From the NCBI RefSeq assembly GCF_009914755.1, contig NC_060947.1: a DNA stretch of 64,000 nt. The stretch is one strand, 5' to 3'. The notes under the pieces were generated by a model, which ran no database searches, was not told the DNA's origin, and was given only the letters and a program-made list of their open reading frames with translations. Positions 16,655 through 30,090 of the stretch are shown here, one piece after another; positions within the stretch are counted from its first letter, which is position 1; each line of letters opens with the position of its first letter. The position numbers and the translations under genes were made by a program. Origin of the DNA: the human T2T-CHM13v2.0 reference genome, Homo sapiens.

Positions 16655-18689
16655 GTACTCTGAAAGTCTCGCTTCACTCGCTTCACGTTTGTCTGGATAG
16701 CTAACCTTGCAAAGCCCAAATTTTCACTCTTGTGACCAGTTTCACTTCACAGAAAGTATGTTTGTTACTTTTTCAAAACTATATCACTATTTCTGTTATA
16801 CTGGATTTTCAGATGCCGTTGAGAACTCAATGGACCCTCACAAACAGGGAGATTGGAGGTTCTCTAAGTAAGACCAAATCCCTGTGCTCTTCTTAATATG
16901 AAATCCCATGGACACTTTGTACTTGAGGAAAAGTTTGAGCCAAATAAGAAGCTTAGCTGCTAAGAAAAGGTGGTATTTTTAAGAGCCCTGCTTTTAATCA
17001 CCTGTGAGAGCATGCTAACCATCTAGAGGGAAGACAACTTTCTGGCCTTCCCATACCAACCCTCTCCCTGCACCACAAGCTAGGTTTTCCCAGTGGAATT
17101 TTTATTAGGTTAGAACATGCATTTCAGAGTCGTTAGATATACCCAACCTTGAAACATCAGTACCAATGTACAGTCCAAGGCCAAATCAAAATGGTTGGAT
17201 TAACTACTGTGTAGTTCCTCTACCCTGAAATGTGTGTACATAACCACAGATTTCGATGATCATCTTTTATATTAGACAGGATTATTAAAATCAGGATTAG
17301 AAGCCAAGCTAATGAGTTGATGGTCAGTTACCTGGAATTGTGTGCGTTCATCACTGAGCCTAAGATTGAGTGACTCCGGTTCAAAAGGATCCTCATCCAG
17401 TGAAAATAATTAAGGGCTAGAACACAATTGTTTGAGTTTGGCCCCAGCAGTGTGGCCTTGGCAAATTACTGAGCCTCAGTTTCTCCATGTTGAAATGGTC
17501 TTGCCTTGCGGGGATTTGCAGACTGCTGTGAAAATTCTTTGAGCTATTTAAAAGGAAATTTCTGTGAAAATCTGCTGTGGCCTGATTTATGTCCTTATCA
17601 TGCCAAAAAGTTGTGGTCCCCCTTTCACTGTTGACAGGTTTATCTTCTCTTTTGAATTAACTTGTAATTAAATTTTGAAGTATAACTTTTAAAAAATCAC
17701 CAAAATAACCAGCAATGAATGTGTGTCATCTGGCTCTGCATGTGCTAGTGTATTAGGCTTATTCCTGGGTGCCATGTATCAGCAACCTGGAGTGTATCCA
17801 GAAGATGGAGACCAGGATGAGGAAGGGGCTGGAAAACATCTTAATCAGTTGCCGAAGACACTGAGAAGGGAAGAATGGGAAGGGACAGGACAGCTTTATC
17901 CAAGTAGTTGAAGGGTCATAAAGTGGAAGATATGGTTCCAGAGGATCAAGGAAGCAGTCTGACACTATTAGCCCTTCTCAGACGGATTAGGTCACCTCTC
18001 AAAATAGCAAGTCCTCTCTCCTTCGATGGAGTGGTGAGAGTCAATGCTTGGCAGCTCCTTTTCCAGGAAAAGCAAAGAAAATTTCTGCTTGGAGAGGGTG
18101 AGAGGATGTGATAACCTGTAGGGTTTGTCTCTTCTAGTCCTGAGTTTAGAGGGGTGTGTGTGTGTGTCTGTGTGGGTGTGTACACGCGCGTGCATGTGTG
18201 TGTGTGTGTTTTTTTTTTTTGGTCTAATGAATGTCTGCTTTCTTATAGGAAGAGACATACAATACATAGTGAAAGAAGGACAAGTTGAACAATTTTCAAT
18301 GGACTAAAAATACATATATAATTTTTATTCCAAATAATGAAAACAACAACTTGTAGGGTATTCTCTCTCTCTCTCTCAACTCATCTATGTACTTACATTA
18401 CTCATAAAGGGTATTGATGAACCACAGTATAAGTCTATTTTTGGTTTCTGAAAGTTGCAAGTGTAGGTACCTTTTTCTTATCATTAATGTTGTAAATTCT
18501 TTATCGATCAGGACTGTGGCTCTCTGACCTTGTTTATATGCATGGTATCCAGCATAGTTCAGGGCAAATAGCAATTGTTCCCAGGCCCTACTTCCAGCCT
18601 TGAAAGATAATTATTTTCCAAGAATCTCATCTCTTTTCTGTCCCTCTCGGCCAATCAGTTGAGAAGTCTCATCCACCTTTTTTTTTCTC

Positions 18690-21345
<2,656 letters not shown>

Positions 21346-21449
21346 CAGCCTCTTTTTTATTACTGTTTTTTAAACTTTATTTTACTTTAAGATATTGTGG
21401 ATGTTAATCTTTTTCTTAGAATTTTGTTTATTTTTGATATATTGCAGTT

Positions 21450-21640
21450 GTACATATTATATATACTATATGTGTGTGTGTGTATATATATATATATATA
21501 CACTATATAGTATACATAGTTTAGTGCCAATTGATGGTTTTCATATTATATATATACTATGTATAGTGTATATATATACACTATATATATTATGTTGTAC
21601 ATAGTTTTGGATACATGTATATATTTGGATACATATACAC
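21450..21640. repeat. (TA)n/(TG)n low-complexity tract
   Basis: Read directly. Confidence 0.9.
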
Positions 21641-22370
21641 AATGTGTAATGATCAAGTCAGGGTAATCAGGATACCCATCACTTCAAATATTTGTTTTTT
21701 CTTTGTGTTGGGAGCATTACAATTCTTTTAGCTATTTTAAAATATACAATAGATTGTTTTAACTCTAATTTTCCTACTTGAGTACTAGAACTTGTTCCTA
21801 ACGTTTAACTGTGTTTTTGTACCCAGTAATCAACTTCTCTTCATCCCCCTCTTCCCCATTCCCTTCCTAGCCTCTGGTAACCACCATTCTACTCTCCACC
21901 TCCATGATATCAACATTTTTAACTTTCACATATGAGTGAGAACATGTGATATTTGTCTTTCTGTACCTGGCTTATTTCACTTAACATAATGACCTCCAGT
22001 TCCATCCATGTTGCTGCAGGTGATGTGAATTTATTCTTTTTATGGCTGAATAATATTCTATTCTGTATATATAACACATTTTCTTTAGCCATTTGTCTGT
22101 TGATGAATACTTGGGTTAATTCCAAATTTTGGCTATTGTGAATAGTACTGCAACGAACATGGGAGTGCAGATACCTTTTTGATCTACTGATTTCCTTTCT
22201 TCTGGTGTATACTCAGCAGTGGGATTTGCTGGATCATACGGTAGTTGTATTTTTCGTTCTATAAGGAACCTCCATACTGTTTTCCATAGTGGCTGTACTA
22301 ATTTACATTCTTACCAACAGTGTATGAGCGTTCTTCTTTTTCCACATCCTCACCAGCATTTGTTATTTTC
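21600..22370 (-). mobile_element. L1MA/L1PB-type 3' end
   Basis: ORF 21919..22125 ends TWMELEVIMLSEISQVQKDKYHMFSLICES, a typical old ORF2 C-terminus. Confidence 0.85.
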
Positions 22371-23343
22371 TTAATTTCTCTCAAATGTGTCTCTATATCG
22401 TCTACCTCTGGATTGTTCCATGCCCCTATTATCTCTATCCTGAATTACTCCCACAGCCTTCTAATTGACTTGTCCCAAACTCCACGCTTCGTTTCTCCCA
22501 CCACTTGATCTTCTGCACAGCTGCCAGAAGGCATGTTTTATAACTGAGTTCTGAGCATGTTACATCCCTGATAAGATCTGGGTTGTAGAACACATCTTCT
22601 AGCAGCAGTGCCAGGTGACTGATGAATAAAATCCAAGTTCCTCGGCTGCCTGAACCTGTACAAAACTCTGGTTTCTCCTCTACGTGTGACCTGCCTTATT
22701 CCTTCTATTCCAGCTAATTTGGAGCATCATTTGCCCCATAGCACACTCTCTACTTTTATAAACCTGTACATTTGCTTCTTTCCAGATGTGAAGCTGTTAT
22801 CCAAGTTAAAATTAGATTTCCAGGACCTAGAGGAGAGTCCATCTAAGTACTATATGAGAACAATAATAGTACCTGCTTTTCAGGGCTCTGTGAAGATCAG
22901 ACCTGTGAGTTTTCGTACAGTGCTTAGAAGAGTGCCTGGAACAAAGGAAGTGCCAGTTGATGGTTTTCATTATTGCATTGCTAACAGGGGCCCTATTGGT
23001 GGACTGCCATTTGTGATTTGACCCAGGCGCAGAATACTTTGGCACTGGCCCATGACTCTTCCACTAAGGACTTTGGGCATGTTGCTTCATGTCTCTGGGC
23101 CAATTCCACTTCTTTCTTTTTGGGAAAAGAATCAGGCTAAATGATCTCCGTGGTCCATTTCTTATCTAGAATTCCTAAATTCTCTAACCATTTTTTCAAA
23201 CTTTCTAGTAATGAATGAAATCAGGATTTGAGAGCTACCATTTGCATTCTCAGTCTTTCAGAAATTTTGAAGTGAAACAGGATGGTAAGACTTGGAGAAA
23301 CCAGTGTTGCTATACATGAACCATAAGTAATTCCTCCCCACAG

Positions 23344-23502
23344 CCATTACAGCCATCATCACCAGTTGCATATGACATCATTAGCCAGGAACTGGAACTG
23401 ATGAAGAAGTTGAAGGAGCAGCTAGAAGAGAGGACTTGGTTGCTGCATGATGCCATCCAAAACCAGCAGAATGCATTGGAATTGATGATGGATCACCTTC
23501 AG
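23344..23502 (+). CDS. PASD1: PASD1 coding exon, coiled coil CC1 (CLOCK exon-19-like)
   Basis: CCCCACAG|CCA acceptor, CAG|GTCAGT donor, 159 nt, phase 0-0. MKKLKEQLEERTWLLHDAIQNQQNAL resembles CLOCK [26 protein letters not shown] (recalled). Confidence 0.93.
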
Positions 23503-23878
23503 GTCAGTCAGGATGCTAGGTTTCAGGTCAGAGACCAGTTCTATATTAGTAGCAGAAGGAAGAGGAGAGAGGGACCTTGGCAAGCCTTAAGGAGTTAGTC
23601 AATGGTGTCTGCCGGTAGTGACAGCTGCTGCCCACAGGGTGATATGGGATATCTAATGTGATCTCCAGCAGGGACTTAGAGTTTTGCCCTTTTTCTCCTG
23701 GCTACAAGAGCTGAGATTGGCCCAGCCAGGCCTTGGCAATGGTAGATGTGGCTTATATATAGCCAAGGCTTCCTGTAGGCTTGCCTGTGGGCAGTCCTGC
23801 TCCATGCCCAGCTTGTCTTATGCCTTAAGGAAAGGTGTGGACTGTGAATAAGACCTTTGTGATACTGTGTCCTTACAG

Positions 23879-24085
23879 AAGCAGCCAAACACATTACGCC
23901 ACGTTGTCATTCCTGATCTCCAATCTTCGGAGGCAGTGCCCAAGAAACAACAGAAACAACACGCTGGGCAAGTGAAGCGGCCTCTCCCACATCCCAAGGA
24001 CGTCAAGTGTTTCTGTGGTTTATCTTTATCCAACTCTCTCAAAAACACTGGGGAGCTTCAGGAGCCTTGTGTTGCCTTCAACCAG
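23879..24085 (+). CDS. PASD1: PASD1 coding exon (KQPNTLRH...PCVAFNQ)
   Basis: CCTTACAG|AAG acceptor, CAG|GTATGG donor, 207 nt, phase 0-0. Confidence 0.92.
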
Positions 24086-24488
24086 GTATGGAAAGGCTGT
24101 TTTAACTGTGTATCTGAAAGGGGATTTTGTTTTCTTGAGGACTTTGACTCACTTGGTTCTCCTTAGGGGGTAGTGACTATCCACTTGGCTGCAATTTATT
24201 TGCCCAAGATAGTAAAAAATCCTGGGCTACCTAGACCTGAATGCACATGCTAGACCATGTATACATACATGTACATATGTGCTGGATTAGCAGACTCTCG
24301 CTGCCAGGTGCATGGCTGCAGCTAGTATCCAGTCTAACTAAAGTAGACAGTCACACAGATCACTATGTGCAGAGAGGCTCAACTGTTGTCACCTTTTGCT
24401 TTGCGAGAATTGAATGGGAGTGTTAAATAAGTTTCTGGGAGGCTCTTGCAGACACCAGGGTGCTTTTATCTGTTGCCTTTCGATGCAG

Positions 24489-24967
24489 CAGCAACTGGTG
24501 CAGCAAGAACAACACCTGAAGGAGCAGCAGCGGCAGCTGCGGGAGCAGCTGCAACAGCTGAGAGAGCAAAGGAAGGTGCAGAAGCAGAAGAAGATGCAGG
24601 AGAAGAAGAAGCTGCAGGAGCAGAAAATGCAGGAGAAGAAGAAGCTGCAGGAGCAGAGGCGGCAAAAGAAGAAGAAGCTACAGGAGCGGAAGAAGTGGCA
24701 GGGGCAGATGCTACAGAAAGAGCCAGAGGAGGAGCAGCAGAAGCAGCAGCTGCAAGAGCAGCCACTGAAGCATAATGTCATCGTGGGGAATGAGAGGGTG
24801 CAGATATGCCTGCAAAACCCACGTGACGTATCTGTGCCCCTCTGCAATCACCCTGTTAGATTTTTACAGGCCCAACCCATTGTTCCTGTCCAGAGAGCAG
24901 CTGAACAACAGCCCTCTGGCTTCTATCAAGATGAAAACTGTGGGCAACAGGAAGATGAGAGTCAAAG
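24489..24967 (+). CDS. PASD1: PASD1 coding exon, Q/K/E-rich coiled coil
   Basis: TGCAG|CAG acceptor, AAG|GTAAGA donor, 479 nt, phase 0 to 2; lies within ORF 24414..24971. Confidence 0.92.
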
Positions 24968-25734
24968 GTAAGACATGCATGGAATGGTGATAGTGGCTAT
25001 GATTATTGCTTTTCCCTCATGGCTGGATCCCATGCCTGAGATCACAGACAGACGACCTATCCATGTGGCACCAGCGTCCCTCTCATCAATAGCAACTTGC
25101 TCTCAACTTGCCTTCTCTGTGGCCACGGCCATCATCCTTCTGCATGTGTGGTGCATGGATGAGCATCCATTGATGGAACAAAGGGGTACCCATGAAGAAA
25201 GGACTAGATAAGGAAGCCTCAATGCTAGGGAATTAGCCCACAAACCTTGAAATCACTTGGCTGGATTCCCCAAGCCCAGTCTCTTGCACAGGGTGTCTAT
25301 GGACAAGTCTTGTGCCCATAGCTGAAAGACTTCTGGGCTTCCAGTTTCATTCCCCAACTTTCCTGGAATCTGGTGATGGCAGTAGGCCAAGTGCAGGTAT
25401 CTCCCTGGCATTTATGAACAGTAAGAGGGAAGTGAGTGTGAAACAATTGCTAGATTGCTAAGATCAGCCAAGAACACATGAAGGCTAAGTCCTGAGTGGC
25501 AATATAGGGACATGAACACATTTCTGCTCAATAATAAGGTCTTCAGTTCCAAATGCTAGAAAGATAAGGTTCTTCTCAGCAATGAAAGGATTGCTTAGCA
25601 CATAGTTGGGGCCCACTAAATAGTTTTGAATGAATGTTAGCTTTCTGAGACGGGCCTCCTAAAGCTCTCTGGACTTCCTTCTGGGCCTTGCTTTCGAATC
25701 AGTGACTTTGACATGAAGACTGCTTTAGGGCCAT

Positions 25735-25850
25735 ATTGTCCACTTGACCTGATCATCAGAATCCACCTGAGGAGGGTTTGGAAAGTATAGATTCAGAGTC
25801 TGGGATGGGGTTCAAAAATCTGTATTGATCACAAGACTTCCAGGCTTAGG
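25735..25850. mobile_element. MER5-like hAT-Charlie fragment
   Basis: 'catcagaatccacctgagg...gtctgggatgggg...aatctgtatt...acaag' resembles MER5A. Confidence 0.5.
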
Positions 25851-26233
25851 GTTGTGGAGAGAGCACTGGATTTGGAGTTTGGAAATCTGCCTTACAGTCT
25901 CTGCTCAGCCATTAGCTCCCTGAGTGCTTTCAAAGTAGGTGAAATGACTTTCCAAGGCCACAGAGAGCATAGTTGTAGCAGGAACAAGACTGTCCAAGTA
26001 ATATAAATAAAACCAGGTGAGACAAGGGATTGTAATTTCTCTCAGTGTCTACATTCACATTACTTTGACAAGTTGAATCTTAGTCAGGCCAAAGTGAGAA
26101 TACAAACAAGTGAATCCTGTGGTGTAGCCACCAAAACCAAATGTGCCTGAAGCACCTACTGATGACCACGTGAGTGTCTCATCAGTTATCATGTCCAGAT
26201 CCACATCACTGCAACAGCTTTCTTCTCTTACAG

Positions 26234-26492
26234 TTTTTATCCTGAGGCGTATCAAGGGCCCCCCGTGAACCAGCTGCCATTGATAGATACCTCAAACTCT
26301 GAGGCAATTTCTTCTTCCAGCATTCCTCAGTTTCCCATAACTTCAGACTCAACCATAAGCACCCTGGAGACCCCACAGGATTACATCCGGCTTTGGCAAG
26401 AGTTGTCTGATTCACTCGGTCCTGTTGTCCAAGTGAACACTTGGTCTTGCGATGAGCAGGGCACCCTGCACGGCCAACCCACCTACCATCAG
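26234..26492 (+). CDS. PASD1: PASD1 penultimate coding exon (FYPEAYQG...QPTYHQ)
   Basis: CTTCTCTTACAG|T acceptor, CAG|GTATGG donor, 259 nt, phase 2 to 0. Confidence 0.92.
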
Positions 26493-28302
26493 GTATGGGA
26501 CAGCCCCCTCCTTTTCCTTCCAGCGCAGGTCAAGAGGGATTCTGGGCCCCTTCCACATAAGGCACACACCCCAAGTGCATGCTGTGTGTGAGAGCCAGAC
26601 TTCAAAGCTCAGTACATTTGACGGCAGTTAGTCACATGATGGTAGCACTCATTGCTGAGTAAAAATATTCTCTACAGGGTTCCTCAAAAAAGTGAGCTGG
26701 CCTAGTGAACCTTAGACGCAATCTGACTGAAACTTCTCTCAAAACTATGTTACATGGGCAAAGTGAGCCATGCCATGTTTTTAATCTGAGCTCATCGTCT
26801 GGTCCCAAGCCTCCTTTCAGACTTATGGATCTTTAGTTCTGCTACAAAATCTAAGACCTAGTGTAGGTATGTTTCCTTGTACTAAAAATAAACTTAGGGC
26901 CCCTCTGTTGAATGTGCTTGGTATCCATCTATGGGGTACCCCGTATTTGGAAGGGCAGGCCTACCTTGTGGATTATCTGCAGTGGCCATGTTTCCAGGAT
27001 GGAAGCTGGTCCAGATGGCAGTTACGTAGCAGGTTTTGCTCCCCGCAGGCCCCCCACACACAATTTCACTAATGAATGGAACTTACAAAAGGTGTTTTCA
27101 CTCTAGCTTTAAAAATCTTATTATAGCCTAACCTTTTTTTTTTCAAACAACAAAACCAAACCAAAATAACCAGAACAAACAGTAAGCTAAGGCAGAAAGG
27201 AGTTTAAATACTTGAGGCAAGCAAATGTATGATTATTTTCACATATACCCCTTGACTAACTGTGCCACCAGTACTGCTAGAAACTTGGTCACTTAGAGGG
27301 ACTGCTCACACGGAGAGATCAGAGTGGGCAATAGGTCCTATGGTTCCTATGGTTCCATTACCAAGCCAGACTTTGTTGAGAACATCTTTCACGCCTATTT
27401 TTGAGGCACTTTCCCTCCTAGAGGGGGTCCTGAGAGACCAAGCCAGCACAAGGCTGAGCACGTTGCCCAGGGAAGTGGGAAAGGTCAGATTCTGAAAGGT
27501 TGCTCAGCTGGGAGAAAGCAGGGCAGGACCAAGTCGGAGCTTTCCTGTCCACAAAACCTCAGGGGCTCCCTGCTATCCTCAGGATGAAACCCGAGCTCCT
27601 CTTCTTAGCTTCCCAGCCCTCACTGCCTGCCCTGGCTTATCCCTACTGCCTTCTGGCACCTTTCTGCCTGCAGGTCCCCAGACACCTCCAGCTGTCTGTC
27701 CAGAGCCCAGCCCTGCTCCTTTTGCTCCCTGTGTCTTCTCCGCCCCCTTGGGTTCCAGTCCTTGAAACCTTGCATCACTTTGCAACATAACCCAAGGAAT
27801 CCCTCCTCCTTAACCAGAAAACACCCCCTCAGCCCATACTTTGTAACACCATCTTTGTATCTATTCCTTCTCCCTCCTCCACACCCCAGTGTGGGTTGGT
27901 ACGTCTCCTGTCACTTTGTTAAAGTGGGCCAAGTAGCTGCAAATCAGTCAGCATGGAAATGACTGAGCCCAAGACCCAAGGCTAGTGGCCTTGGCCGGCC
28001 ATGGCTGGCAGAGAAGCTGGACAAGAGAGGGCCAGACACAGACCCAGGAGCCTTAAGACAACTTTGAGAAAGCCCAGGTCTGCTTCTGCTGCTCTTTAAG
28101 CTAAGATGCTGCTGGGAGAGAGAAGAGGAGAGGAACCTTATCTTCTGTAGCTCCTCCGTCTCCCATCACCTTGCAGGCTCATGTTCCAAAGAAGTATTTC
28201 TCAGCAGCTTGTGTATTTGAACTAAAGGATTCCTCCTACCACCAAAAAATGGGCCCACAGACTCTAGCAAACATTCCACCTTGTTTCACTTTTTCCTGGC
28301 AG

Positions 28303-28449
28303 GTGCAAGTTTCTGAGGTAGGAGTCGAGGGACCTCCTGATCCACAGGCTTTCCAAGGCCCTGCTGCATACCAGCCAGACCAGATGAGATCTGCGGAGCA
28401 GACCAGATTGATGCCTGCAGAGCAACGTGACTCAAATAAGCCGTGCTAA
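28303..28449 (+). CDS. PASD1: PASD1 last coding exon (VQVSEVG...DSNKPC*)
   Basis: TTTTTCCTGGCAG|GTG acceptor and TAA stop at 28447-28449. Confidence 0.92.
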   Translation: MQVSEVGVEGPPDPQAFQGPAAYQPDQMRSAEQTRLMPAEQRDSNKPC

Positions 28450-29050
28450 CAGTACTTTCATGACCAGTGATGAGGGGAAATGGGGGGAGGGGGCAGGCCA
28501 ATGAGGTCTGCATGGCCAGGGGACCTTCAAGGTGCGTAAAGTCCCTTGGGGTAGGGTTTAGTGGGTAGAGACTTATTTGTTTCCTGATAGGTTATGTTTG
28601 TAATTGTTTGTTAAGCACAGCCTGTTTCTTGGAAGTTATGCTGTAGAGGCAGCCTGTGATCCGTAGTATGCTAGGGTGTGACAGCAGCCAGCCACAGCTG
28701 GATCTGATGTCTTGTCTGCCCCGCCCAGCTTTGCATATCCATGTTCTACCACAGGAAGGTGGCCTGCCAAGAGTCTGCTCAAAGTTTTCAACATAAAGAA
28801 TAAAGAAAAAAAAATGCCAAAGTGCTTTTCAATCTAGTAAACCTAGAGGGTTGTTTTGTCTTAGCCACAAGAATTCCGAGGTCTTGACCCTGATGATCAA
28901 CCTGCCTCCCCTCCATAGTCTTGTTGGAGAAGCCCAGAGAGAATGGGACTCCAACTAAGGGAACCTGAAATCAACTCAATGGAGGCACTTCAGAGCTAAA
29001 ATAATTATGGCTTCCTTGCTTAATAAACATTTTCGTTCACTGCAACTTTG
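28450..29050 (+). terminator. PASD1: PASD1 3' UTR with polyadenylation signals AATAAA at 28799-28804 and 29022-29027
   Basis: Two canonical hexamers. The distal one is followed by T/GT-rich sequence, so it is the more likely main site. The cleavage position is inferred. Confidence 0.7.
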
Positions 29051-29734
29051 TGAATTGATGAGTGACGTTTGGAACCTGACTGTGCCAAGGTCCCTGGTGA
29101 AGGGTTGGTTCCCTACAGTTAGGCCCCTTTTGTAGACCCTGCTCCCCTCAGTCTCTTGTTCACACCTCAGCTCCATGCCACATTTGCAGAGGCCAGCGAC
29201 TGCTGCCTTCCCACATGGCCGTGTGCCCAGGCCCGCTGTGTAGCTTTTTTTCGTGTAGCTCAGGCATGCTGGCTCCTTCATTGACACCAAGGGCAGCCAC
29301 AGGCCCACTGAACTCTGAAACAGTTGGCCTAGGGGCTACCTTCTCAGGGTGGATGGTGTTTGTGCCTCACATATTACTTCAGAAGTAAGCCTGAACACTA
29401 AAGGGCAGTGTACCCATACCTTTTACATGTGGGTTCTTTCTCTCCCATCAGTAGACTTTTTAATAGATAGGAGTACCCCCTAGAGGGAAAATAATTTTGG
29501 TTACAAGTCAAGCACCAAGAAGGACATCTTCACAGTTGTCTGCATGGTGCAGAGAGAGGTTCGGATAGCCAAACCAGAGGTCATTGTGTGCCTTTCTTAA
29601 GGTAATGAGCCATTGGTTGGAGAAAGCAAAGGAGACCCCAGTCTCTAGTGGCAAGTTAAAATAAAGGAGGCACATTAGGCCTCACATCACAGGAGAAGCC
29701 AGAGATTCTTTAGGAAGCGTGATCTCTACCATGG

Positions 29735-30090
29735 TTTTATGGACTGAATGTTTGTGCCCCACCCCAAATTCATATATTGAAGCTGTAACTGCCCAGTGTC
29801 GGAGTGTTGGAAGATGATGCCTTTGACAGGGGTGATTAAGGTTAGATGAGGTCACTAGGGTGAGACTGTCATGACGGGATTAGTGCCCTTAAAAGAAGAA
29901 ACACCAGGAAGCTTGCTGTGCCCACCAAGCCCCTTCACGTGCACATGGGCGCATGCACGCACACACGCACACACACACACACAAGAGGTCATGTGAGCAC
30001 ACAGCAAGATTGTGGCTGCCTGCAAACCAAGGGAAGAGGCTCCAGGACAGAACCTACCTTGCCAAAGACTTGATCTTGGGTTTCCAGATC
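29735..30090 (+). mobile_element. MaLR solo LTR (MLT1A/MST-like) with internal (CA)n
   Basis: 'tatggactgaatgtttgtgccc...caaattcatatattgaag' start and 'gggattagtgcccttaaaagaaga' motif. Confidence 0.8.

Noticed and set aside
17760-18110. Purine-rich, exon-like stretch in a PASD1 intron
   Set aside because: Not needed for the PASD1 frame, no convincing splice pair, and no recognisable protein or pseudogene parent. A BLAST search would be needed to say more.
24389-24847. Cys-rich, Ala-rich and Leu-rich ORFs overlapping the PASD1 coiled-coil exon
   Set aside because: Shadow frames of the CAG/GAG/AAG-rich coding exon.
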